In this document: piece after piece, positions 20,410 through 30,075 of the stretch
How the letters are laid out: each line of letters starts with the position of its first letter
Numbering within the stretch: position 1 is the first letter of the stretch
Origin: Minisyncoccota bacterium
GTDB taxonomy: Bacteria; Patescibacteriota; Minisyncoccia; Phycocordibacterales; GCA-2401445
DNA length: 64,000 nt
Direction: 5' to 3'
NCBI GenBank assembly: GCA_040879725.1
Contig: JBBDJV010000018.1
Location: 16,748 to 80,747, forward strand
Program-made: the position numbers and the translations under genes
The notes under the pieces: model-generated
What the model saw: only the letters and a program-made list of their open reading frames with translations
What the model was told of the DNA's origin: nothing
The model's database searches: none

Positions 20410-20898
20410 TTATAATTTTTGCTCTGGTAGTGTTTCCACAACCTTGAATTTAACCGAAATTACACTCCCATCCTCTTGGCTGTAGGCACTGTCTACCTCA
20501 GAATCAAACACTCTGTTTCCGTTGTCTCTATGCATCACAGCAAAGTATTCACTACCAAGAAAAAGTGGTTCGCTTAACTCTATGTCACCCGGGCCCGTTC
20601 CATCTCTAAAGTATTTTGCTCCGATATTTTTTCCGAGTGATCCATTCTCGTTTGTGTATATAACCACAAACCCTCCTTCCGCAAAAGTTGCTGAAGAAAT
20701 AAATACAATAGAACCCGGAGGTTGATCGGTTATTGTAATCCTATTACCTGACGACGAAACAACCTCAGAATTATTGTTTTCTTTCTCGGGCGGAGCTTCG
20801 CTACTTGAACCACCGAAACGAACAATTGCATATACAAGTCCCGAAACAAGGAGAGCTAGAACAATAATAGTTATGATGGTATTTTTTGAGTTTTCCAT
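20410..20898 (-). CDS. Membrane-anchored hypothetical protein
   Basis: TM then DQ.PG..V......GGFVVI...Y.AVMH.DNG...FD beta domain. Confidence 0.7.
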   Translation of the reverse strand: MENSKNTIITIIVLALLVSGLVYAIVRFGGSSSEAPPEKENNNSEVVSSSGNRITITDQPPGSIVFISSATFAEGGFVVIYTNENGSLGKNIGAKYFRDGTGPGDIELSEPLFLGSEYFAVMHRDNGNRVFDSEVDSAYSQEDGSVISVKFKVVETLPEQKL

Positions 20899-20939
20899 AT
20901 TTCTAGTATATCACTTATATAGCTGCAGGAGTATCATCT

Positions 20940-21959
20940 TCATTTTTTTTGTTCTTCTACCGCAGGAATTTGCTTGTAGATATGCAGTAGTGCGAAAAAG
21001 AGACTCACTACCAACGGACCATACAAGAAGCCAATTGGACCAAACATGAGCAGTCCACCAAGAACTGAGAAGAGAATTATGAGTGCGTGAATTTGTTGCC
21101 CACGACCATAGAAGTAAGGAATAAGTACATTATCAACCAAACCAACAAGAACCACTCCCCATGTCAAAAGACCAAGAGGATAGATAAAACCACCTGTTTG
21201 GAAGTAAAGATATACTATCGCAGGAAGGATCACTAACCCTGTCCCAATACCCGGAATAAAAGCTGAAATACAAGCGATAGCTCCCCATAAAATTGCATTT
21301 GGTACACCGAATATAAAGAGTCCGATACCAACCAATAACCCTTGCGCTATACCAACTGCAATTGATCCTACAATAACCGCATGCACTGTTTGTCTGAGGC
21401 GTCCGATAATCTCCCTGTCGGAACCATCAGATAGAGGTGAAAGATTGATAAGGGTTTCTCTAAACTTTTCTCCGTCTCTAATGAAAAAGAAGAGAGCGAT
21501 AATTCCAAGTATAAACTGGAATACTGTGTGTGCGGTACTTGAAAAGACCGTGCCTAAACGCTCACCTATCCATACTACTGACTGCTTGGCAATTCCCTCG
21601 ACATCCAGCTCGAAATCAGGAACAAACCGAGTTAGTACTCCATTTGCATGTTCAGTAAGCTGTTTTACATATTCAAATCCCGAAGCACTCACTGAGAGAG
21701 ACTGTTCTACTAATTCTGAAATAAGAAAACCGAGCGGAACAACAACCAGTATAATAACACCAAGAACAATAAGCGCGGATGCTATATTTCGTGGAACTTT
21801 CTTATTAACCAATTTACGGTATGCGGGACGTACAAGCATCGCTAAAATTAAAGAAATAGCAATAACATTTACAAATGGCCACATGACCATTCCCGTCAAA
21901 ACAAGCACACCTATAAAAAGAACCGAGAAAAAATAAAGTTGAAATCTATTCATTTGCAT
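20940..21959 (-). CDS. AI-2E family transporter
   Basis: FFFIRDG, AFIPGIGT, LVDNVLIP, FGPIGFLYGP. Confidence 0.92.
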   Translation of the reverse strand: MQMNRFQLYFFSVLFIGVLVLTGMVMWPFVNVIAISLILAMLVRPAYRKLVNKKVPRNIASALIVLGVIILVVVPLGFLISELVEQSLSVSASGFEYVKQLTEHANGVLTRFVPDFELDVEGIAKQSVVWIGERLGTVFSSTAHTVFQFILGIIALFFFIRDGEKFRETLINLSPLSDGSDREIIGRLRQTVHAVIVGSIAVGIAQGLLVGIGLFIFGVPNAILWGAIACISAFIPGIGTGLVILPAIVYLYFQTGGFIYPLGLLTWGVVLVGLVDNVLIPYFYGRGQQIHALIILFSVLGGLLMFGPIGFLYGPLVVSLFFALLHIYKQIPAVEEQKK

Positions 21960-21996
21960 ACTGTAATAGTATCACATTTTGAGTATACTATGGTAT

Positions 21997-22515
21997 ATGA
22001 TCATAAAGAAAGCACCCCTGCTCTATATCGGTTTTTCCGTTTTATTTTTGGCAATTATTATCCTCTTTTCAACAACAAGAACCACAGAAGCTCCGGCCCT
22101 AACGGAGTCTGATGGAGCTCTGGAAACTATCCCAGAAATGGCACTTTATGATATAGAAAATGTCTTACACGAACTTACAAGTTTTATCGGTACAAAGGTA
22201 CTTATCGTGTCGTGGGCTACCTGGTCACCTTTTTCTGAAGGAGCGCTCAGTCAAGCAAGTGAGCTTCATAATTCACTCACAAATGTAACTATCGTAACCA
22301 TAAACAGAGCTGAGTCCCGCGGACGGATAAAGCAATATGTTGAACGTAGCTCGTTTAGTGGACCACTCCATCTCACAGATCCACAAGACCATTTTTTCAA
22401 AACCGTGGCAGGGTATGATGTACCTGAATTTCTTATTTATAATGAAAAAGGAGAGCTCACGCACCACCTACGCGGACCACAGGAAAAAGATTTGCTTCTT
22501 ACTTTACTTGAATAA
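21997..22515 (+). CDS. TlpA/ResA-like thioredoxin-fold protein with SxxS in place of CxxC
   Basis: WATWSPFS; P..L..N..G; N-terminal TM. Confidence 0.75.
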   Translation: MIIKKAPLLYIGFSVLFLAIIILFSTTRTTEAPALTESDGALETIPEMALYDIENVLHELTSFIGTKVLIVSWATWSPFSEGALSQASELHNSLTNVTIVTINRAESRGRIKQYVERSSFSGPLHLTDPQDHFFKTVAGYDVPEFLIYNEKGELTHHLRGPQEKDLLLTLLE

Positions 22516-22537
22516 AATAAATAGAAAAACTGTACTT

Positions 22538-23458
22538 CTATTTTTCTCTTAGTGTAGTGTTTACCACCTGCAACACTTGAGCTTTTCGAATTTCAGAAGA
22601 AGATTGACCAATATCTTCTTTAGCCAGTCCTTCTTGTAGTTGTACCTTAAGTGCGTTTACCTCTGTATCTTTCCGTGCAAATATGTGCCACCAAGGAAAC
22701 TTTACCTTAACTCTTGGCTGGTTGTTTATTTGGTTTTGAAGCTCAATGGAAATTTCTTGATTAAGTGTTATTGGAATAAAACCAAGTAGCTTAACTTGGC
22801 TCTCATAGTTAATTGCAACCCTCTTATCATTTATAACAATCGTATTAACCTTTTCATCAGTCTGAGCTACGCGTTGCGCATATTCATCGAGGTCTTCCCA
22901 GGAAGAAACCATTTCAGGTGACGGAGTTGTCGCAGTACTCTTTCTTTGAGAATTCTCCTCAGGAGAACCTGTGATTTTCATCTCTTCTACATTTTCACTT
23001 TTTTCTGTCAATTCAGATTCAGTAGTTGAAGTGCCATTTTCACTTTCAGTAGCCATCAGGGTTACTATTTCTTCACTTGTACTTGCTCCCTCCATTCGAA
23101 CAACGGAGCCGATAATAACAATCTCTCTTTCTTCTTTCTTCTGACCTTCTGTACTGCTTGCAGTAGAGGTGCTCAATTCATTTGTCGAACTTGCTGTAGA
23201 AGTAGCTACTGTAGGTAATGCTGATGTGCTTGTTGTGGTACCAGAAAAACCAACCTCAGTCGTACTTGTTGAAGTTGTTGCAACCAAACTGCCTGTTGTT
23301 GCTGATTCTTTCTCTGTTGTACTACCTACTACCACTTCACCGCCATACAATAGTGGCATGGAAACACCCTTAGAAACATTCGCTTCTTCTGCTGAAACAG
23401 CGAATGGTAGTGTAAGTACAGCGAGTACCACATATAGTGGCCACGTTGATTTTTTCAT
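22538..23458 (-). CDS. Secreted Ser/Thr-rich protein with C-terminal GFIP...PWW domain
   Basis: Signal peptide, S/T/E low complexity, KLLGFIPI...VKFPWW. Confidence 0.75.
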   Translation of the reverse strand: MKKSTWPLYVVLAVLTLPFAVSAEEANVSKGVSMPLLYGGEVVVGSTTEKESATTGSLVATTSTSTTEVGFSGTTTSTSALPTVATSTASSTNELSTSTASSTEGQKKEEREIVIIGSVVRMEGASTSEEIVTLMATESENGTSTTESELTEKSENVEEMKITGSPEENSQRKSTATTPSPEMVSSWEDLDEYAQRVAQTDEKVNTIVINDKRVAINYESQVKLLGFIPITLNQEISIELQNQINNQPRVKVKFPWWHIFARKDTEVNALKVQLQEGLAKEDIGQSSSEIRKAQVLQVVNTTLREK

Positions 23459-23607
23459 AGAAAACTAAACGATAATTTGAATGTCAGATGATCCTACAAC
23501 CGAAATTTCTTACTTTCCTCTGACTAATGGATTATACCACATTTTCAAGAATATTCCAATATATTGCTCCTTTTACTGAAATACGCCTATTGCTAGGCGT
23601 ATTTAGA

Positions 23608-24144
23608 CTATTGTATATCCACAAGCTCTACATCAAAGAAAAGGGTTGCATTAGGTGGAATTGGACCTCCCGGAGTACCTGCTTCTCCATACGCAAGATC
23701 CGGTGGAATAGTAAGCTTTCTTTTTTCACCTATTTTCATTCCAACAATACCCTGATCCCAACCTTTAATCACCTGCCCAACACCTAGCGTAAATGCAATA
23801 GGTTGTTTGCGAGGGATACTTGAATCAAACACCTCTCCATTCTGAAGTGTTCCGGTATAGTGCACATGAGCAACTTCTCCATTCTTAATTTCAGCACCAT
23901 CTCCTTCTGCTATCACCTCGATAGTTAATTTTTCATCCATATTATTTTCTGATTCATTATTTGATAACTCTGATTGCTCTTCGTCTGGCACAGGGAGAGC
24001 ATCCCCTACACGTGCTTGTGAAGAATACGAAGTTTCTTCCATCTCACTATTGATATCTTCTTCGGGTCTCTCTTGCGTCATCACCACTCCAACCCCGACA
24101 AGAGCGACAATAATTACAACACCGATACTTATATGCTTTACCAT
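23608..24144 (-). CDS. FKBP-type peptidyl-prolyl isomerase
   Basis: [41 protein letters not shown]. Confidence 0.96.
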   Translation of the reverse strand: MVKHISIGVVIIVALVGVGVVMTQERPEEDINSEMEETSYSSQARVGDALPVPDEEQSELSNNESENNMDEKLTIEVIAEGDGAEIKNGEVAHVHYTGTLQNGEVFDSSIPRKQPIAFTLGVGQVIKGWDQGIVGMKIGEKRKLTIPPDLAYGEAGTPGGPIPPNATLFFDVELVDIQ

Positions 24145-24263
24145 TACAAATTCAACACAATTACTAACAATGTAACTATCCTACCATATTCATGTCTAAA
24201 ATTCAGTAGTGTACATCAACACTTTTATTCTCTTTTTTGCTATACTGTCAGTACATTTACACC

Positions 24264-24758
24264 ATGAATACTCATCGCGGATTTACACTAGTCGAAATAC
24301 TAATTACCATTGCTATTATCGGTATTCTTTCCAGTATAATTTTAGTAAATGTAACCAGCGCTCGAGAGCGTGCCATGATTGCAAAAGCAGAGCTTGAAAT
24401 TAGAAGTCTTAGAAACAGTGTTCTTCTTCTCTCCGATGACACCAGGCTGTGGCCTGGCGGACAAGATATTGATGTTGTTGCATGTAGCGGAACCGGAAAC
24501 GAGGTAATGGACCTCTCTACCGGTTCTGCTGGTATCCTCTCAAACGACGGAACATTTGGTTCTACATGGAATGGTCCTTACGCACAAGAAGTCCCAACAG
24601 ACCCATGGGGAAGAAACTATTTTTTTGACACAGATTACAGTATGGGCGGTAATAGTTGGATAGTTGCTGTTGGGTCACTCGGGCCAAACGGTGGAGACCT
24701 TGGTGACTACGACAGTGATAATATTGTATATGTTGTTGCAAGTTCTACCTGTCCGTAA
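24264..24758 (+). CDS. Type IV pilin / GspG-like pseudopilin
   Basis: RGFTLVEILITIAIIGIL prepilin cleavage motif; WNGPY...DPWGRNY. Confidence 0.9.
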   Translation: MNTHRGFTLVEILITIAIIGILSSIILVNVTSARERAMIAKAELEIRSLRNSVLLLSDDTRLWPGGQDIDVVACSGTGNEVMDLSTGSAGILSNDGTFGSTWNGPYAQEVPTDPWGRNYFFDTDYSMGGNSWIVAVGSLGPNGGDLGDYDSDNIVYVVASSTCP

Positions 24759-24822
24759 CATACGAATACGGGCTCTTTTTATGCTACACTGAGTATACTT
24801 ACTAGTCATAATCATTCACTCT

Positions 24823-25191
24823 ATGATTGAACATCTCCCTTTTTTACTCGGAAAATTATTATTTGGTGGTTTCTTTGTATTTTTTGGACTGCAACACTTT
24901 TTAAAACTACAGGCGATGAGCTCGTATGCGAAGTCAAAAGGTATTCCCCAACCAAAAACATCAACAATACTTTCCGGACTACTTATCATTGCCGGAGGTC
25001 TTGGTGTTATGTTTGAATACCACATGTCAGTTTCTTTGATCTTCATTGTCCTCTTTTTAATTCCAACATCAATTTTAATGCACAATTTCTGGACATGTAC
25101 GACACCTGAAGATAGGCAAACTGAGTTTACCCAATTCATGAAAAATATTGCTCTTGCTGGAGGCGCGCTAATGCTCTACTCGCTCATATAG
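24823..25191 (+). CDS. DoxX family membrane protein
   Basis: LG.LLFGGFF..FG..HF; HNFW; F.KNIALAGG. Confidence 0.9.
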   Translation: MIEHLPFLLGKLLFGGFFVFFGLQHFLKLQAMSSYAKSKGIPQPKTSTILSGLLIIAGGLGVMFEYHMSVSLIFIVLFLIPTSILMHNFWTCTTPEDRQTEFTQFMKNIALAGGALMLYSLI

Positions 25192-25231
25192 AAACACCCC
25201 TCGAATACGCGTAGGTATCGAGGGGTGGTTG

Positions 25232-25393
25232 CTAGAGTTCGAAAAAAGGAGCTTGTACAACAGAAACAAGCAGAACTTCTACCACATTAAAAAGGGTGAT
25301 CAACATGGTTTCGAACTCTTTGAAAACCGGGGCCATAATCAACTTAAGTGCGATAAGTACAAGCACGAAGCCCAGAGCCCTAAAAATCTTCAT
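25232..25393 (-). CDS. Small membrane protein
   Basis: MKIFRALGFVLVLIALKLIMAPVF...; followed by a hairpin at ~25195-25228. Confidence 0.55.
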   Translation of the reverse strand: MKIFRALGFVLVLIALKLIMAPVFKEFETMLITLFNVVEVLLVSVVQAPFFEL

Positions 25394-25579
25394 ACAAGCT
25401 TGAGAGAAGCTGGTGTTATTTAGGTGTGCGACTTCACACTCGGACTTAATCGTCCTACAACCCCCCTCACACCTACACAGATATCTGTGCACATGCGAAG
25501 GGGTGTTGCTTATGGCTATGTAAAAAACTCATACACCATTGGGAATATACCAAACAGATGTATCTGCTATAGTAATATC

Positions 25580-26116
25580 ATGGAATATATAAATGTGCTA
25601 GTTCGTGACACGGTAATGCTCTATTGGGGAACTTCTTTTTCTGATACCGTGGTACAGCTCAGCACTATTATAAATACCCCATTCTTCTGCGGAGTTGTCG
25701 TTCTCTATGTTCTCCTTCTTCTTGCACAAGGTAAACAAAAACAAGTACTTATAACACTCACCGCTATCGCGCTTGCATTTATTTTTGCCTATTTACTGAA
25801 AATATCGCTCGCCATACCACGACCGGAGGTATCACTTGTTTGGGAGAAAGGGTTTGGTTTTCCAAGTATGCACGCGACACTTAGTGCAACATTTCTATTT
25901 CTATTTGCGCACATTTCTATAGAGCAAATTCACAATAAATTCTGGCACACTACCCTGCTAGTGCTAAGTATTATTCTCGGATTACTAATAGGCTTTAGCA
26001 GAGTATTCCTTCAAGTTCACAGTATTGACCAAGTAATTGCAGGGTTCCTACTCGGACTTACTGTTGCTTTTTTGACAACATTTATCTTTGAGCATACGAA
26101 GAAGAAACGTCGGTAA
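25580..26116 (+). CDS. PAP2 family phosphatase (undecaprenyl-diphosphatase-like)
   Basis: K.....RP, FPSMHA, SRVFLQVH...QV.AG. Confidence 0.9.
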   Translation: MEYINVLVRDTVMLYWGTSFSDTVVQLSTIINTPFFCGVVVLYVLLLLAQGKQKQVLITLTAIALAFIFAYLLKISLAIPRPEVSLVWEKGFGFPSMHATLSATFLFLFAHISIEQIHNKFWHTTLLVLSIILGLLIGFSRVFLQVHSIDQVIAGFLLGLTVAFLTTFIFEHTKKKRR

Positions 26117-26130
26117 CAAAAAGTTTGCTA

Positions 26131-27294
26131 CTAGTGAGAATGGATATGCCCATGACTTATATCATCCTCCAGCTCATCTCGTTCTCCCACCCCATATCGC
26201 GTTACCCAAAAACACGCAAGGAAAGTCGAAAGAGGAACAGTAGCGATTAAGCCAACACTTCCAACAAGTGTACGCACAATCTCTGTTGCAAAGACTTCTT
26301 GGTTAATAATAGTCACAAATGATGCGCTTGAAGTACTGAAAAGAAGTAATAACGGAAGAGATACACCGGTGTATGCTAATACAAGCGTATTCACAAGCGC
26401 CGAAACGTGCTCTCGCCCAACACGAAGAGCTCGCATATACAGAGAGCGGAATGACATATTTGGAGCAACACGTGCTAATTCATACACCACCGCAACTTGC
26501 GTTATAGCAATATCATCGAGCACTCCCAAAATACCGATAATTATCCCTCCGAGAAGCAAACCCTTGAAATCTAGAGTGCCGAATGTATTGAAGTTAAGAA
26601 AGACAGCTTCTTCACTGGAGAACCCACTTAAATGACTTATATATATAGCAAATGATGCTAAAAAAGTTGTGAATATTACCGCACTCACGGTAGACACAAA
26701 TGCGAGAGTGGATTTCATTGTGACTCCATGGGTGAAAAAAAGAGCAAGAGCAAGTACGCACGCCGAAACAAGAGCACTAGCCAGTACCGGAGACATGCCC
26801 CCTCTGATCAAAGGAAGTAGTAGAAAGACAATGGCGCACAAACTCAGCGACAAACTAAGCAGTGAGCGCACTCCTTGTTTTTTTCCAAGTAATAGTACTG
26901 CGAGAATAAAAATAATAACCACCCATAGCAATCCACCTAATCGGTCAATGTCTCTCACGGTATATATTTCTTCTCCGGATATCGGTACGAGATAGTTCAG
27001 GTAAAAAACTTGCCCTTCTTTTAGTACAAGATAATCATTAATTACCTCTACAACCTCTCCCTTCTTTTCTCCATCAAGGATTTCAGCTTGGATTGTCTGT
27101 ATTGTTTGCACTCGCTCTGTACCAGGTAAAACCTCCTCGTATGCTGATGAAATTTCAACAACACGTGCCTTAAGCACTCCTTGTGTATCACGATGTAATT
27201 CCTGAGCAAAAATACTTCCCGGGAAAAGGAACAATGCCATGCAAAAAAGCACAGCGGAAATGCGGTGCTTTTTTGTAGGTACAATACTAATCAT
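26131..27294 (-). CDS. YibE/F family membrane protein
   Basis: GIIIGILGVLDDIAITQ, VGREH.SALVNTL.LAY.G; His-rich C-terminus. Confidence 0.92.
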   Translation of the reverse strand: MISIVPTKKHRISAVLFCMALFLFPGSIFAQELHRDTQGVLKARVVEISSAYEEVLPGTERVQTIQTIQAEILDGEKKGEVVEVINDYLVLKEGQVFYLNYLVPISGEEIYTVRDIDRLGGLLWVVIIFILAVLLLGKKQGVRSLLSLSLSLCAIVFLLLPLIRGGMSPVLASALVSACVLALALFFTHGVTMKSTLAFVSTVSAVIFTTFLASFAIYISHLSGFSSEEAVFLNFNTFGTLDFKGLLLGGIIIGILGVLDDIAITQVAVVYELARVAPNMSFRSLYMRALRVGREHVSALVNTLVLAYTGVSLPLLLLFSTSSASFVTIINQEVFATEIVRTLVGSVGLIATVPLSTFLACFWVTRYGVGERDELEDDISHGHIHSH

Positions 27295-27302
27295 AGCGCT
27301 AC

Positions 27303-28043
27303 TTATCTTCGCTGTTTCGCAATCTCAATTATTGCTTCAATAGTTGCTTGATCTTGTGCTCCGTTAATCGGTCCCTTATCTCCATTTGGTGCAATCACAA
27401 TACTCCACGGTGTTCCTCTTCCTCCAGTACTTGCCGCTTCGTCATAGTGCGCCTGAATAAGTGCATCATGCTTTCCACTCTCGAGACACTCAGCAAAATC
27501 CTGTGCATTCAAACCTAGCTCACTAACCATTTGTGGGAAAAGTTCATCTTGATTGGTTCGGTTATTTGTTAGTGTTCGCTCATAGTACATATCGGTAAAT
27601 GCCCAGAACATATCGTCACCTCCCTGATCATACGCACACTCTGACGCTACAGAAGCGCGACGTGCTTTTACAGGATGAAGCTGTTCAAGAGGAAAGTGTC
27701 TATACACCCACGCAACTTCACCATCATACTTCTCTACTATAGCGTGCAATGTTCCGTGATGTCGCTGACAGAAAGGACATTCAAAATCAGAATACTCAAC
27801 AATTACCACATCAGCATCTCTGTTACCGAGTACATGATCTCTATCGCTGATTGGTTTTACATTATCAAGCGGGTTTGCTTCTATCGCATCATTTGCTGAT
27901 GCACTCTGGTTTCCGGCAGAATTGCCTACTTGATTATTGTATATAAGGACCCCTGAAACCATTACAAAACCGATAAGTATTGCTACCGGAGTTGAGAGGA
28001 AACTTGAAGACTGCTTTGTGTTTGTTTGTTGTTCTGTATCCAT
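27303..28043 (-). CDS. DsbA/BdbD-like disulfide oxidoreductase
   Basis: EYSDFECPFC, YRHFPL, GTP. Confidence 0.93.
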   Translation of the reverse strand: MDTEQQTNTKQSSSFLSTPVAILIGFVMVSGVLIYNNQVGNSAGNQSASANDAIEANPLDNVKPISDRDHVLGNRDADVVIVEYSDFECPFCQRHHGTLHAIVEKYDGEVAWVYRHFPLEQLHPVKARRASVASECAYDQGGDDMFWAFTDMYYERTLTNNRTNQDELFPQMVSELGLNAQDFAECLESGKHDALIQAHYDEAASTGGRGTPWSIVIAPNGDKGPINGAQDQATIEAIIEIAKQRR

Positions 28044-28090
28044 ATAATTTATATTTTATCTACCAATACTACCTGAAATAACTCTTTCGT

Positions 28091-29329
28091 CTAGAGTTTT
28101 GATATATCCCTAGGATAAAACAAATTTATTGTCCAGTCAAGAGCAATGCGGAGTCGCTTTCTGAATGAGTGAAATTTAAAAAGATAAATAGTTCTCCATA
28201 TATACCACGCAAATGCACCACTCAAACGCACAAAACCTATTTTACCAAGTGCATACCACTCACCCACTGAAACAAGTTCACCTTGAAGCCTGAAATCAAA
28301 AGGTAATAAGCGCTGTTTATGAATAATTCGTGCAATGGTATCCGCAGTAAACTCACCATGTCGCACCGCAACTTGCGCGAGTTGTGGCATTGCTTCCCCA
28401 CGGTCATTCTTTGATGAAGCGACATCTCCCACGACAAAAATATTCTTGTCGTTACCTGTTTGCAAAAACTCATTCACTATCACCCTCCCTCGTGGATCAC
28501 GCTCAAATGTTTCCGGAAGAAACTGTGTATTAGGCTCTACTCCAGCAGTCCACACTACCGTTCGAGCAACAATAGAGTCGCCTCCTTTTAGCTGTACGCC
28601 TTTTTTATTTATCTCCTCCACAGCGGTATTCAGCAACACAGTAACACCCTGTTTTTTAAGTCGCGCGAGCGCTTTCCCTCGAAGTTTTTTGTCGAACTGT
28701 GGTAACAGCTCTCCGCCCATATGTACAAGCGTAACTTGTAGTTTTGAAAAATCTATATCTCTTGGATAGTACTTTTTAAACGTATCTCGAATATATTCAA
28801 TCAATTCTCCTGCGTACTCAACTCCCGTTGGTCCACCTCCTACGATAACAAACGAAAGAAGTTCTTCTTTTTCTTTCTCATCATCAACACATGTCGCTTG
28901 CTCAAATTTATCAATCACATGGTTACGAAGATAAACCGCATCCTCAAGACTTTTTAGTGAATACGCATACGCGTGAGCTCCTGGCGTATTGAAGTAACAA
29001 GCTCGAGAACCAAGAGCATACACAAGATAGTCATAGGAAATATCACCATGGTTAGTTTGGACGGTTTTGTTTTCAGAATTAACACCCAGTACTTCCGCTT
29101 GATAAAAACAGTCATTGGAATCCATAATAGAACGAATAGACTCAACAACGTTTACTGGAGTAAGCGAACCGCTCGCAACTTCATGAAGAAGCGGGGTAAA
29201 TAAAAAGTGGTTTGTCTTATTTACCACTGTGATACTTGCTTCTTTTGAGCGTAATTTCCTCTTCAGCGCTCGGTACGTATACATTCCTGCGAACCCAGCA
29301 CCGAGTATTACTATCTTCTTTTTATCCAT
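28091..29329 (-). CDS. ndh: Type II NADH dehydrogenase family flavoprotein
   Basis: GAGFAG, FTPLLHEVA.G, VGGGPTGVE.AGE, WTAGV, GD. Confidence 0.9.
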   Translation of the reverse strand: MDKKKIVILGAGFAGMYTYRALKRKLRSKEASITVVNKTNHFLFTPLLHEVASGSLTPVNVVESIRSIMDSNDCFYQAEVLGVNSENKTVQTNHGDISYDYLVYALGSRACYFNTPGAHAYAYSLKSLEDAVYLRNHVIDKFEQATCVDDEKEKEELLSFVIVGGGPTGVEYAGELIEYIRDTFKKYYPRDIDFSKLQVTLVHMGGELLPQFDKKLRGKALARLKKQGVTVLLNTAVEEINKKGVQLKGGDSIVARTVVWTAGVEPNTQFLPETFERDPRGRVIVNEFLQTGNDKNIFVVGDVASSKNDRGEAMPQLAQVAVRHGEFTADTIARIIHKQRLLPFDFRLQGELVSVGEWYALGKIGFVRLSGAFAWYIWRTIYLFKFHSFRKRLRIALDWTINLFYPRDISKL

Positions 29330-29368
29330 AGACACTATTATACAAGCGAAATGGAATAAGAAAAAGGT

Positions 29369-30037
29369 TTACGGTTTAGTAACGTGCTTAGTGTTCCTTT
29401 TATGGGGCATTTTCGAAAGCATTTTTTCGATGAATGAAGAGAAGTCAATGTTATCAGCAACCAGCTCACCTATAATCGCAAATGGAATTGCTATCAACAC
29501 CACCAGCCATACTATTTTTAACGTTATGGGCTCTCCCGTGACCAGCCAAACCGCGAGTATGTCTTCGACGATTCCAAAAACAAGTCCAAACAACAAGAAC
29601 TCAAACATAACTTCAAGCTTCTTTGCTGTTTTTCTCCTTGTGCGCTTCTGCTTAGTAAGGAGTGTTGTATCTTCCCACAACACAAGACGGTTTGACTCAG
29701 CATCTTCAATAGTTAGAAATTTACCCGCATCTGTTTCTTCTTCTGTCACCACAGTACAGTCATTTGCTCTACACTGCTCCGTAAACTGCTTTACTGAATT
29801 AACTCTAAAAGCAGGCATCATAGCACCCTTTCCACTTCCTTCTCCTTGAACTATTTTCACAAATGAAAATAGTTCATTCTTAGAATGAATGTCATCGTAA
29901 GGAAAACGTATAATATAACCTTCCCCGTCTTTCGAAACTGAAACACCGAGGGTATTTTTATACCACTCTGAAAGGACCTCCGGATTGAGTGAGGTGATAT
30001 GTATTCCCCCTATCTGCTGAATGTGCGGATGACTCAT
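29369..30037 (-). CDS. VOC/glyoxalase-like domain fused to a C-terminal membrane domain
   Basis: IGGI......L.EWY...LG; G.F..I.D.E.N...LWE; then FEFLLFGLVFGIVED TM hairpin. Confidence 0.65.
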   Translation of the reverse strand: MSHPHIQQIGGIHITSLNPEVLSEWYKNTLGVSVSKDGEGYIIRFPYDDIHSKNELFSFVKIVQGEGSGKGAMMPAFRVNSVKQFTEQCRANDCTVVTEEETDAGKFLTIEDAESNRLVLWEDTTLLTKQKRTRRKTAKKLEVMFEFLLFGLVFGIVEDILAVWLVTGEPITLKIVWLVVLIAIPFAIIGELVADNIDFSSFIEKMLSKMPHKRNTKHVTKP

Positions 30038-30075
30038 ATAACCAGTGTATCATGGCGCATAGCTGTATCCTGTGA

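Noticed and set aside
24264-24758. Type II secretion system
   Set aside because: A solitary pilin-like gene with no secretin or platform genes; more likely part of the dispersed type IV pilus repertoire.
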